Source of the DNA: Candidatus Kaelpia imicola | GTDB lineage: Bacteria > Omnitrophota > Gorgyraeia > Kaelpiales > Kaelpiaceae | Direction: 5' to 3' | Length of the DNA stretch: 64,000 nt | Assembly: GCA_030765505.1 (NCBI GenBank) | Contig: JAVCCL010000001.1 | Coordinates: forward strand, 12,306 to 76,305 | Shown here: positions 20,479 to 30,169 of the stretch, piece by piece | How the letters are laid out: every line of letters begins with the position of its first letter | Position numbering within the stretch: the first letter of the stretch is position 1 | Notes under the pieces: generated by a model | Database searches by the model: none | Seen by the model: only the letters and a program-made list of their open reading frames with translations | What the model was told of the DNA's origin: nothing | Translations under genes and position numbers: made by a program

Positions 20479-21582
20479 ATGGCTGAAATACTGACCAATC
20501 CTTTTACTCCGCAATCAGGTCTTGAACCAAAAATCTTAGGCGGGAGAGAGCAGCTGGTTAAAGATTTCTCTAGCCTCTTGCAAAGGAGGAGAGAGAGAGA
20601 GTATTTTCATCTACTACTTTTAGGAGAGTGGGGAAGAGGTAAGACTTCTCTTCTTAAATGTTACAAGAGAGTCTCTCAGAATGAAGCTTCTAAAGCAGTG
20701 TATACCTCTTTAGCTAAAAGCGGTCCTAGAGATTCTTATAGAGATGTTCTGTCGTCAATTGTTGAGGAGATATCTTTTGGGCTCGGTTTAAATATCGACC
20801 TCTCTCTTTTTCAGAATAGATCAAAAAATATAGCCATCTTGCTTGTTGAAGTGTTGAAGAATATTTTTAAAGGTTCAAACTCCCAGATGTTGGTAGTTCT
20901 AGTCGACGATATTCAGAATATCTCTGATATGCCTAAAGTTTTAGATCTCTTGAGGCTTGCCCTCTCAAATGAAGATTTGATAAAAGAGACTAATATTCTT
21001 TTTGTGCTTGCCTCAACCCCTTCGGGCTGGGCTAATTTTTTAAAGAGATATGATCCTATAGGTAGATTTTTTCGAAAAAAACAGATACTAAATAAACTCT
21101 CAAAAGATAGCCTTACAACTACAGTAAAGAATACTCTTAGTGGTACAGGGGTTATCTTTGAAGGCAGCATTATAGCTAATTGCTGGGATTACTCTGAAGG
21201 CCATCCATATGAGCTGCAGCTTCTGGCGAATCATCTTTATGATAATCAGATAAAAGGGGTTGTGAGTGAAGAGTGCTGGGAGGTTTCGTTGCTCAATACA
21301 TTAAAAGACCTTGGGATTGAATACTTCTCTTCACTATATGATAAGGCCAGCGAGAGAGAGAAAGAACTGCTTTATATATTTGCAGAGAAAAGAGATTACC
21401 TTAGCCTCTCTCAGCTAAGAGATGTAATTATATTTGAGAAGAAGATAAAAAACTACCCTGTCTCCAATATTAAGAACTTTGTCTATAGGTTAGTAGATAA
21501 GGATCTTATTCTACGGCGGAATGATAAAAAATATAGAATCTTAGATAGGATGTTTGCAGAATATATTTTAAGGTTTAGATAA
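20479..21582 (+). CDS. STAND/archaeal-type AAA ATPase with C-terminal winged helix
   Basis: NPF.P, GR, Walker A GEWGRGKTS, Walker B LVDDIQ, GHPYELQ. Confidence 0.8.
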   Translation: MAEILTNPFTPQSGLEPKILGGREQLVKDFSSLLQRRREREYFHLLLLGEWGRGKTSLLKCYKRVSQNEASKAVYTSLAKSGPRDSYRDVLSSIVEEISFGLGLNIDLSLFQNRSKNIAILLVEVLKNIFKGSNSQMLVVLVDDIQNISDMPKVLDLLRLALSNEDLIKETNILFVLASTPSGWANFLKRYDPIGRFFRKKQILNKLSKDSLTTTVKNTLSGTGVIFEGSIIANCWDYSEGHPYELQLLANHLYDNQIKGVVSEECWEVSLLNTLKDLGIEYFSSLYDKASEREKELLYIFAEKRDYLSLSQLRDVIIFEKKIKNYPVSNIKNFVYRLVDKDLILRRNDKKYRILDRMFAEYILRFR

Positions 21583-21586
21583 GAAG

Positions 21587-22498
21587 ATGAATTGTAAAAT
21601 CTGCGGTAACAAAGCTTCTTTTAAATTAAAGAGTCATAATTTAAAACTCTGTGAAGAGGATTTTAAAGTTTTTCTGGACAGACAGTTTAGGCGTGCAATA
21701 ACAGATATGAAGATGTTTAACAGGCAGGAGTCTATTCTTGTTGCTGTCTCAGGAGGTAAAGATTCGCTTCTCTGCTGGCATCTCATTAACAAGCTGGCCT
21801 ACAGGAGTGAGGGTGTTTTTTTAGACTTAGGCATAGAAGGCTTTTCCAGTGCCAGCAAAGATAAAATATTTAAGTTTGCAAAAGAGAGAGAGCTTAAGTT
21901 TAAAGTATTAAAAGTTGAAGAGTTGACAGGACTTGATATAAGAATGATGCTGAAAAAGAAAAGGTTCTGTGCAGTATGCGGGATGGTTAAAAGATATTGG
22001 TTGAATAGATATGCTTATGAGAATGGCTTTAGTGTTATAGCTACAGGACATAATTTGGAAGATGAGAGTGCAGTTCTTCTTGGCAATATACTGCACTGGC
22101 AGTTGGGCTATATCAGAAGGCAGTCTCCCAGGCTTGATGCAGTTGGTTCTAAGCTTATCAGGCGGGTAAAGCCGCTCTATAAGATGAGCGAATATGAGAT
22201 AAGGACTTACGCTAGATTAGAAGGCATAGATTACCTTAGTGATAGTTGCCCGTTCAAAAAAGGTAATACTCAGGATATATATAAAGAAGCCCTCTCTTTA
22301 ATAGAAGAATATTCTCCAGGTACAAGAAACAATTTCCTATTTCAGTTTTTGGATAAAAAGGAAGATATATTTGAGAAAGAGGAGAGTGTTCAATTAAATG
22401 AATGTTCTAAGTGTGGTATGTTGACAACTCAAGAGACCTGTTCATATTGTAAATTGATAGGAAAGGAGAAAGCTAGATATGAGCTTCAAGAAAAATGA
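21587..22498 (+). CDS. ttuA: tRNA 2-thiouridine synthetase TtuA/Ncs6 family
   Basis: N- and C-terminal Zn fingers, SGGKDS PP-loop, CAVC, TGHN.ED. Confidence 0.8.
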   Translation: MNCKICGNKASFKLKSHNLKLCEEDFKVFLDRQFRRAITDMKMFNRQESILVAVSGGKDSLLCWHLINKLAYRSEGVFLDLGIEGFSSASKDKIFKFAKERELKFKVLKVEELTGLDIRMMLKKKRFCAVCGMVKRYWLNRYAYENGFSVIATGHNLEDESAVLLGNILHWQLGYIRRQSPRLDAVGSKLIRRVKPLYKMSEYEIRTYARLEGIDYLSDSCPFKKGNTQDIYKEALSLIEEYSPGTRNNFLFQFLDKKEDIFEKEESVQLNECSKCGMLTTQETCSYCKLIGKEKARYELQEK

Positions 22499-23270
22499 AC
22501 TTGTTATAGTGAGGGATGATAAAAATAAAACCTATCTCCAGAGACTGGATATTAAGGGCAGGTTTCAGTCTCACGTGGGCATAGTCTATCATAAGGATAT
22601 AATCGGGAAGGAAGAGGGGGAGGCGTTTTTAACGTCTACAAATAGAGAGGTTACGGTATTCTACCCCACCTTAAATGATTTTATACAGAAGATGAGCAGG
22701 AAGACAGCCATAATACATCCTAAGGATATAGGGGTGATACTTTTCTGGGCGGATATTAAGCCGGGAGACAGAATAGTTGAAGCAGGCACAGGTTCCGGAG
22801 CGCTGCTTTTAGCGTTGAGTCGTTATGTAGGCAGGGAAGGTCATATATATTCATATGACAACCGTTCTGAGTTGCAGGATGTTGCACGGAAAAATTTAGA
22901 GAAGTTCTATAATAAATTCCCCGGCAATGTGACCTTAAAACAGCAGGATATTGCCAATGGGATAGACGAGGATAGTTTGGATGCTATAGTACTGGATTTC
23001 TCTCAACCCTGGGAGGTTATACCTGAAGCAGTTAACTCCTTACGAAGAGGAGGGAGCTTCTCCTCTTATGTACCGACCATTATTCAGGCTGAGAGGTTTG
23101 TTAAAGAGATAGAAGTAACTGAATCTTTCCTGGACATAGAGATAGTTGAGGTATTAATTAGGCCTTGGCAGATAAAGGGTTATAGCGTTAGGCCGCAGCA
23201 TAGGATGGTAGGCCATACAGGTTTTATGGTCTTTGCCAGATTTAAAGGCTCTTTGAATACTAAAAAATAA
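22479..23270 (+). CDS. trmI: tRNA (adenine-58-N1)-methyltransferase
   Basis: IHPKD, EAGTGSG, LD...PW, RP.HRMVGHTGF. Confidence 0.9.
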   Translation: MSFKKNELVIVRDDKNKTYLQRLDIKGRFQSHVGIVYHKDIIGKEEGEAFLTSTNREVTVFYPTLNDFIQKMSRKTAIIHPKDIGVILFWADIKPGDRIVEAGTGSGALLLALSRYVGREGHIYSYDNRSELQDVARKNLEKFYNKFPGNVTLKQQDIANGIDEDSLDAIVLDFSQPWEVIPEAVNSLRRGGSFSSYVPTIIQAERFVKEIEVTESFLDIEIVEVLIRPWQIKGYSVRPQHRMVGHTGFMVFARFKGSLNTKK

Positions 23271-23299
23271 GATTGATTATTTAATTTTTAATCTTTGAC

Positions 23300-25267
23300 G
23301 TGAAGATACTTATTATAACTTTAAGCAATATAGGCGATGCTGTCCTAACGACAGGAGTATTAGAAGCTTTAAAGACTAAATTTCCTAACCTTATTTTAGA
23401 TATTGCGGTTGATGAAAGAGCTCAGAGTGTATTCTCTTGCGATGAGAGGGTCAACCGGATTCATCTATATAAGAAGGGCTTCTCTTTCTTAGATAAGTTT
23501 AGATTTTTTATAGATTTAAGAGAGGAGAAATATAATTTAGTAGTGGATTTAAAGAATATCTTCGCATCTTTTTTGATAACATTCCGACCTTTAAAAAGCA
23601 AAAAAATCAAGGCCCATACTTATTTTAAACATAATATGGTTTTAAGAAGGTTTTTTAACAGAGAGGAACTTAGTAACTTTAAGCCTAAGGTTTTATGGAG
23701 CGAGAAAGAGAGAGAGTATATAGATTCGTTTGGATTGAATAAGTATTTAATAATATCTGCTATTGCAAAGAGCTCCACTAAGTCTTGGCCTTTAGAGCAT
23801 TTTAAAGTTCTGATAACACTTCTTTTAAAGAAGTATCCCGACTTAGATATTGTTTTAACAGGCAGCGATGAGGAGAGAAGTATTTTAGAAGAGTTGGTTA
23901 TAGATGATAGAGTTAAGAACTTTGGAGCTAAGACTACGATACCTCAGTTAGCCTGTTTAATAGCGGGGGCAGGGGTAGTTATAACAAACGATAGTGCATC
24001 TTTGCACCTGGCTTCGAGCTCAAATACACCTACGGCTGCAATCTTCGGCCCTACGTCTGCAGTCAAATACGGGCCGTTAGCAGATAACTCAGCTCTTATC
24101 AAAAGAGGTTATCCCTGCTCGCCTTGCGAGAGAGCTCAATGTATCTTTTCCGATAAGAGATGTCTGGAGTCTATTAAGCCAGGTTATATTTTAAATGTTG
24201 TCGAGAAGATATTAAAAGGAAAAGAAAGAAATAAGAACGACGAATACAACAGGATTCTTCTTAGCCGCACAGATAGGATCGGCGATCTCCTGCTTACTAC
24301 TCCGGCTATTGAAGCGGTGCGAGATAAATTCCCCAATACATATATCTGTTTTCTCTCTAGCTCTAAGACGAAGGCGCTTTTAAAAGATAATCCTTATATT
24401 GATGAAATAATCGGTTTAGATAAAGATAAAAATCATAAAGGTATCTTAGGATTTTTAAGGCTGCTTAGAGAGATCAAAAAAAAGAAGTTTGATCTGGTTA
24501 TTCATTTTCATCCTACAAATAGAAATCATCTGCTCTCTTTTTTTGGGGGTATTCCGAAAAGAGCGGGCTATGATTGTAAATTAGGTTTATTTAATAACAT
24601 AAGAGTTGAACACAAGAAGCAGGAAGGTAAAGAGTCAGAAGCAGAGTATAATTTTGATCTTCTTGAAAAAATAGGAATTGATAAGGTGTCTTTAAATCAA
24701 TTTGTAACTCCTGATAGAGATGCTTTAGAGTGGGTAGATAATGAGCTTCAAAGTAAAAATATAGCCCGCTTTATTGTTATCCATCCCGGAGCGTCTTGTA
24801 AATCAAAACTCTGGGATTTAGAAAATTTTGTAGAACTTTCAAAAAGAATAAAACTTGAAAATAACTTAGAGGTTGTATTTATATTAGGCCCTGATGATGA
24901 AGAGTTGAAAGATAGATTGAATCAATGTTTAGATTCAGGCTTGTATCTTTATTGCGATATTACTTTAGAGAGACTGGTAGCTTTAATATCAAGGGCCTCT
25001 TTTATGATATCCAATGATTCAGGCCCCATGCATATAGCCGATAGTCTATGCAAGCCTTTGATTGTGATATTCGGGAGGAATCAGGCCGGACTTTCGTATA
25101 GACGCTGGGGTCCTTTAGGAGAGAATGCTAAAGTAATATATGAAGATTCAGGGTGCGTAGAGTGCCTTGCTCATAACTGTAAAAAAGGTTTTATCTGTCT
25201 TAAGAATATTAGAGTCGATAGAGTCTATGATCAATTTGTAAAGATGGTAAGCGAGATTCATCTATGA
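23300..25267 (+). CDS. Tandem double GT9 LPS heptosyltransferase
   Basis: Two GT9 domains (IGD..NDSASLH; RIGD..NDSGPMH). Confidence 0.9.
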   Translation: MKILIITLSNIGDAVLTTGVLEALKTKFPNLILDIAVDERAQSVFSCDERVNRIHLYKKGFSFLDKFRFFIDLREEKYNLVVDLKNIFASFLITFRPLKSKKIKAHTYFKHNMVLRRFFNREELSNFKPKVLWSEKEREYIDSFGLNKYLIISAIAKSSTKSWPLEHFKVLITLLLKKYPDLDIVLTGSDEERSILEELVIDDRVKNFGAKTTIPQLACLIAGAGVVITNDSASLHLASSSNTPTAAIFGPTSAVKYGPLADNSALIKRGYPCSPCERAQCIFSDKRCLESIKPGYILNVVEKILKGKERNKNDEYNRILLSRTDRIGDLLLTTPAIEAVRDKFPNTYICFLSSSKTKALLKDNPYIDEIIGLDKDKNHKGILGFLRLLREIKKKKFDLVIHFHPTNRNHLLSFFGGIPKRAGYDCKLGLFNNIRVEHKKQEGKESEAEYNFDLLEKIGIDKVSLNQFVTPDRDALEWVDNELQSKNIARFIVIHPGASCKSKLWDLENFVELSKRIKLENNLEVVFILGPDDEELKDRLNQCLDSGLYLYCDITLERLVALISRASFMISNDSGPMHIADSLCKPLIVIFGRNQAGLSYRRWGPLGENAKVIYEDSGCVECLAHNCKKGFICLKNIRVDRVYDQFVKMVSEIHL

Positions 25268-26061
25268 AAAGATTGCTATTGGTTTTTATCTTAATTCTAA
25301 ATATCTCTTGTGCCAGAAGAATGGCTATGAGACCTCCAGCTATCTACAATAGAGAGTGGCAAGAGAAAGATATTGTTATACCAAAAAGCGAGATGGCCGA
25401 TTTTATTCATGAGAAGTTTTTCTATAAGATTCGCTGGTTTGGATTGACTGTTGCCGAGGCTGAATTTAAAAATTTAGGATTAGAAGAGTATAACGAAGTT
25501 GAATGCTACCATATAGTTATAAAAGTACGGACACATAAGGTTTTAAGTTTTATATTTAAGGTTAGAGATGAGTTCCATTCTTATATTGACAGCGAGAGCT
25601 TAAAACCCTTGGCCTATATAGTCAAAAGAAGAGAGGGTGGGTATCGCTCTGAATCAGAGACAATATTTGATTATGAAAATAATAAGTTAATATACCGTTC
25701 TCTTCTTGATGATTCTGAAAAAGAGATAGATCTAGAACCTGACTATTATGATTTTTTCAGCTGCTTCTATAAATTTAGAACCTCTGATTTCAATGAAGAT
25801 CTCTATAGTTTTAAAGTGGTTCAAAGGGCAAAAATATGGCAGGTAGATATTAACGTCGTGAAGAAAGGTCTTCTTGAGTTGCGCGGGCATGGTACTCCGG
25901 ATGTTATCTTAGTCAATATTAAAGCATCAAGTGGACAGGAGAAGGCAAGAGGAGAGGCCTGGATCTGGTTCTCCGGGGATAAAAATAAGGTTCCTTTACT
26001 GGGCCAGTTTAATATTGATATACCTGTTGTAGGGACTGTAAGAGCGGCACTTGAGCCCTGA
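25264..26061 (+). CDS. DUF3108-family lipoprotein
   Basis: Lipobox ISC, KVRD.F.SY, EG.Y, IW.S.D...VP. Confidence 0.75.
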   Translation: MKRLLLVFILILNISCARRMAMRPPAIYNREWQEKDIVIPKSEMADFIHEKFFYKIRWFGLTVAEAEFKNLGLEEYNEVECYHIVIKVRTHKVLSFIFKVRDEFHSYIDSESLKPLAYIVKRREGGYRSESETIFDYENNKLIYRSLLDDSEKEIDLEPDYYDFFSCFYKFRTSDFNEDLYSFKVVQRAKIWQVDINVVKKGLLELRGHGTPDVILVNIKASSGQEKARGEAWIWFSGDKNKVPLLGQFNIDIPVVGTVRAALEP

Positions 26062-26082
26062 CGCTTATTTAGACCTCTTTTC

Positions 26083-27135
26083 TTGAATAATGAGTTCTAC
26101 AATGCTATTATCTTAGGCATGGCTAATAAAGCTATCCCAGACTGGGTTTTAAAGAACGGGGATTCGGTTAAATCTATTCTTGAGCGGTTTAGGAAAAAGA
26201 GAATTCTTATTATCGGTGATTTGATTTTAGATCAGTTTATCTGGGGTGATGTCTCGCGTATCTCGCCTGAGGCTCCGGTGCCTGTTGTCTGGGTAAAGAG
26301 AGAGTCTTATATGCCCGGAGGAGCTTGTAATGTTGCCCATAATCTATCTGAGCTGGGTTCTAAGGTATCTGTTGTGGGTATAGTTGGTGATGATGCCAAT
26401 GGAGGTATACTTTTGTCGGAGCTCAATAATATAGGAATAGATACAGCTAAAATTATCAGAGATTCCTCACGTCCCACAACACATAAGGTGAGGGTTATTG
26501 CTCACTCTCAGCAGGTTGTCAGGATAGATAGAGAGAACCCTGAGGCTGTGAGCAGAAAATCAATCAACTCTATTTTGGATATGCTAGAGGAAGAGGTTAA
26601 GGAGGCAGACGCAGTCATTATAGAAGATTATGGTAAGGGACTAATAACCTCTCAGCTTGTAAAAAGAGTAGTTGAGTTAGGCAAGAAGTTTAAAAAAGTT
26701 ATAACAGTTGATCCCAAGAAAGAGCATTTTAAATACTATAAAGGTATCACTGCGATCACTCCCAACAGAGCAGAAGCAGAAGAGGCTGTTGGTTTTAAGA
26801 TAGAAGACGAGGAGAGTCTTAAGAGAGCAGGCGGTAAATTGATAAAAAAATTGAATGCTAAGTCAGCCCTGATTACATTGGGAGATAAAGGAATCTATCT
26901 CTTTGAGAGTAGAAAAAGACCGCTGCATATTCCTACTATGGCTCGCCAGGTCTATGATGTCTCTGGTGCAGGAGATACTGTGATTGCAGTCTTTACTCTT
27001 ACAGTTGCCTCTGGTGCAAGTTTGGCTCAGGCGGCATATATCGCTAATCAAGCAGCAGGGATAGTTGTAGGCAAGATAGGAACAGCAACGGTGAGCAAGA
27101 GAGAGCTCTGGGGAGAGATAAGGAAGTGGAAGTAG
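26083..27135 (+). CDS. rfaE1: D-glycero-manno-heptose-7-phosphate kinase (RfaE1/HldA)
   Basis: RISPEAPVPV, DYGKG, DVSGAGDT; start probably ATG 26119. Confidence 0.92.
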   Translation: MNNEFYNAIILGMANKAIPDWVLKNGDSVKSILERFRKKRILIIGDLILDQFIWGDVSRISPEAPVPVVWVKRESYMPGGACNVAHNLSELGSKVSVVGIVGDDANGGILLSELNNIGIDTAKIIRDSSRPTTHKVRVIAHSQQVVRIDRENPEAVSRKSINSILDMLEEEVKEADAVIIEDYGKGLITSQLVKRVVELGKKFKKVITVDPKKEHFKYYKGITAITPNRAEAEEAVGFKIEDEESLKRAGGKLIKKLNAKSALITLGDKGIYLFESRKRPLHIPTMARQVYDVSGAGDTVIAVFTLTVASGASLAQAAYIANQAAGIVVGKIGTATVSKRELWGEIRKWK

Positions 27136-27833
27136 CAGCTGTTATACCCGCACATCTTGATTCAAAGCGGCTCTATAGGAAAGTCTTAAGAAAGATAAAA
27201 GGTAAGAGTTTAATTGAGCATGTATATTATCGTGTTAAAGAATCCAAATATATTGAGAAGGTCTATGTTGCCTCATCGGATAGAGAGATAATAGATGAGG
27301 TAGTCTCTTTTGGGGGAGAATTTATAAAGACAACCAAAATTCACAACTGCGGAACTTCGAGGGTCTCAGAGGCGTCTTCCTCTCTGGATGCAGCTGTTAT
27401 TATAAATGTTCAGGCCGATGAACCTTTAATATCTCATGAGTTGCTTGATGAGATGGCAAGATATATGACGGATAACAGAGATATAGAGATATTGACTCCG
27501 GTTAGAAAGATTACAGAGTTTGATGAGATTGATAATAAGAACGTTGTTAAGGTTGTGTTTAATAAAGATAATAAAGCATTGTACTTCTCTCGTTTACCTA
27601 TACCTCATGGCGGAGAGGAGTATTATAAGCATATAGGCAGCTACTGTTTTAGGAAGAGTTTTCTGCTCTCTTATTCTGAGCTAGAAGAGAGCAGTATTGA
27701 TAAAGCTGAGAAATTAGAACAGTTGAGATTTTTGTATAATGGTTATAGAATAGCTGTATTTGTTACAGAGCATGAGACTATTGGTGTTGATACAGAAGAA
27801 GATTTAAGAAGAGTAGAGGAGATATTGGGTTGA
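27126..27833 (+). CDS. kdsB: CMP-Kdo synthetase
   Basis: NVQADEP, ALYFSR, HIG.Y, EKLEQLR, VDT.ED. Confidence 0.92.
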   Translation: MEVAAVIPAHLDSKRLYRKVLRKIKGKSLIEHVYYRVKESKYIEKVYVASSDREIIDEVVSFGGEFIKTTKIHNCGTSRVSEASSSLDAAVIINVQADEPLISHELLDEMARYMTDNRDIEILTPVRKITEFDEIDNKNVVKVVFNKDNKALYFSRLPIPHGGEEYYKHIGSYCFRKSFLLSYSELEESSIDKAEKLEQLRFLYNGYRIAVFVTEHETIGVDTEEDLRRVEEILG

Positions 27834-29344
27834 AAAAAATAGGTTTTGATAATGATAAATATCTGGATCAGCAGAGCAAAGAGATTTTAAGCCGGATAGA
27901 GAATTACGGTAATAAGCTCTATTTAGAGTTTGGAGGGAAATTACTCTACGACTATCATGCTGCCAGAGTTCTGCCCGGTTATGACCCTAATGTTAAGATA
28001 AGGTTACTCCAGAAACTGAAAGAGAAAGCAGAGATCATACTCTGTATATATGCGGGTCATATTGAGCAGAGAAAGATAAGGGCAGATTTTGGTTTTACCT
28101 ATGATGTTGATGTCTTAAAGATAATAGATGATTTAAAAGGATGGGGTCTTAATGTGTCGGGTGTTGTTATTACGCGCTATAAAGAGCAGCCTGCGGCAAA
28201 GATCTTTAAGAATAAGCTTCAGAGAAGAGGTGTTTCCGTCTACACGCATAGTTATACAGAGGGTTATCCTAATAATATTAATCTTATCGTAAGCGATAAA
28301 GGTTACGGTGTGAATCCTTATATTGAGACTAAAAAACCACTTGTTATTGTTACGGCTCCCGGTCCAGGTAGCGGTAAGTTAGCGACTTGTCTATCTCAGC
28401 TTTACCATGAATATAAAAGAGGTATTCAGGCGGGTTATGCAAAGTTTGAGACTTTTCCTATTTGGAATATACCGCTTGAACATCCTGTAAATGTTGCTTA
28501 TGAGGCCGCAACAGCAGATATAGGGGATTATAATTTAATAGACCCTTTTCACCTTAAAGTTTACGGGAAAGAGGTTGTCAATTACAATAGAGATGTTGAG
28601 ACTTTTCCTATTGTAGAGAGAATTTTAGAGAAGATAACCGGGAAGAGTTCAATATATAGATCACCAACTGATATGGGTGTTAATAGATGCGGTTTTGGGA
28701 TTACGGATAATGAGGTTGCGAGTAAAGCAGCATCACAGGAGATAATTAGAAGGTATTTTAGATATAGATGTGAGTATATGCTCGGCTTAGTCGACAGAGA
28801 TACTGTAATTAGAGTAGAGAAGCTTATGGAGAAGGTCGGAGTCAAAGAGGAGGACAGGAGTGTGGTCTCTGCTGCAAGAGCTGCGGCAGCTGGAGCTGAA
28901 GAGACAGGCAAGGGACATAAAGGTGTTTTCTGCGGTGCGGCAATTCAATTGCCGAGTGGTGATATAGTTACAGGTAAGAACTCACCGCTTATGCATGCAG
29001 CTTCCAGCGTTGTTTTAAATGCAGCGAAGACACTTACCTCTATGCCTGATAATATTCACCTTCTATCTCCTAATATAATAGATTCTATCAAGAGCTTCAA
29101 AAAGGATGTTATGGATGTAAAGTCTGCCAATCTTAATCTTGAAGAGACTTTAATCGCCTTAAGTATTTCTACGGCAACTAATCCTGCAGCACAGTCTGCT
29201 ATGGAGAGCTTGAATAAATTAAAAGGTGCTGAGATTCATATGACGTATATGCCTACAGCCGGAGATGAGTCAGGGTTGAGGACTCTCTCTTTGAATTTAA
29301 CAAGCGACCCTAATTTTTCACCCCACAATGTCTATCTGGCTTAA
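27830..29344 (+). CDS. DUF1846-family P-loop protein
   Basis: KIGFDN, LYLEFGGKL, APGPGSGKLATCLSQLY, YAKFETFP, SPTDMGVN. Confidence 0.9.
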   Translation: MKKIGFDNDKYLDQQSKEILSRIENYGNKLYLEFGGKLLYDYHAARVLPGYDPNVKIRLLQKLKEKAEIILCIYAGHIEQRKIRADFGFTYDVDVLKIIDDLKGWGLNVSGVVITRYKEQPAAKIFKNKLQRRGVSVYTHSYTEGYPNNINLIVSDKGYGVNPYIETKKPLVIVTAPGPGSGKLATCLSQLYHEYKRGIQAGYAKFETFPIWNIPLEHPVNVAYEAATADIGDYNLIDPFHLKVYGKEVVNYNRDVETFPIVERILEKITGKSSIYRSPTDMGVNRCGFGITDNEVASKAASQEIIRRYFRYRCEYMLGLVDRDTVIRVEKLMEKVGVKEEDRSVVSAARAAAAGAEETGKGHKGVFCGAAIQLPSGDIVTGKNSPLMHAASSVVLNAAKTLTSMPDNIHLLSPNIIDSIKSFKKDVMDVKSANLNLEETLIALSISTATNPAAQSAMESLNKLKGAEIHMTYMPTAGDESGLRTLSLNLTSDPNFSPHNVYLA

Positions 29345-29347
29345 GAT

Positions 29348-30169
29348 ATGAAAAAGAGAACTATAAAGATAACTGATTTTAACGTAGGCGAAGGATCTGA
29401 TTTATTATTTATTCTTGGGCCCTGCGTTATTAAAGACTATGCTTCGCTATTTGAGAATGCAAAACAGATAAAATCTATAGCTGAGAGTGAACAGATAAGC
29501 TTCATATTTAAGGCAAGTTATGACAAAGCTAACAGAACATCATTAGACTCTTTTCGCGGAGTGGGTTTAAAGGAGGGTCTCTCAATACTCTCTGAGATTA
29601 AAAAAACTCTTGGTATTCTCATAACCTCTGATATCCATTCACCTTATGAAGCTGAAGAGGCAGCCTCAGTGCTGGACTTGATTCAGATTCCTGCATTGCT
29701 CTGTCGTCAGACCGATATTATAGTCGAAGCCGCAAAGACAGGAAAACCTGTAAATATAAAGAAAGGTCAGTTCATGGCCCCCTGGGATGTTTTAAAGGCG
29801 GTTGATAAGGTTTATCAGCAAGGTAATAAGAATGTTATTGTAACAGAGCGGGGAAGTTGTTTTGGTTACAACTATCTCATAAATGATTTTAAAGCAATTC
29901 CCCGAATGCAGAAAGATGATCTCATAGTTATCTTTGATGCAACCCATAGCGTTCAGCTTCCTTCAAAGGGAGTCAGGAGCGGCGGAGAGCAGGAATATGT
30001 TTCCTATCTCAGCCGGGCAGCAGCAGCGGTTGGAGTAGACGGATTCTTTTTGGAAGTACATGAGAATCCCGAAGAAGCCCTATCGGATGCTTCTTCTATG
30101 ATAGATTTTAAACAGCTCCAGGAGATAATAAGAGTGGTTAAAAAGATAAAGGGTGCGGCAGATGGATAG
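29348..30169 (+). CDS. kdsA: Kdo-8-phosphate synthase
   Basis: GPCV, KASYDKANRTS, QIPA, KKGQF, DATHSVQ. Confidence 0.95.
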   Translation: MKKRTIKITDFNVGEGSDLLFILGPCVIKDYASLFENAKQIKSIAESEQISFIFKASYDKANRTSLDSFRGVGLKEGLSILSEIKKTLGILITSDIHSPYEAEEAASVLDLIQIPALLCRQTDIIVEAAKTGKPVNIKKGQFMAPWDVLKAVDKVYQQGNKNVIVTERGSCFGYNYLINDFKAIPRMQKDDLIVIFDATHSVQLPSKGVRSGGEQEYVSYLSRAAAAVGVDGFFLEVHENPEEALSDASSMIDFKQLQEIIRVVKKIKGAADG

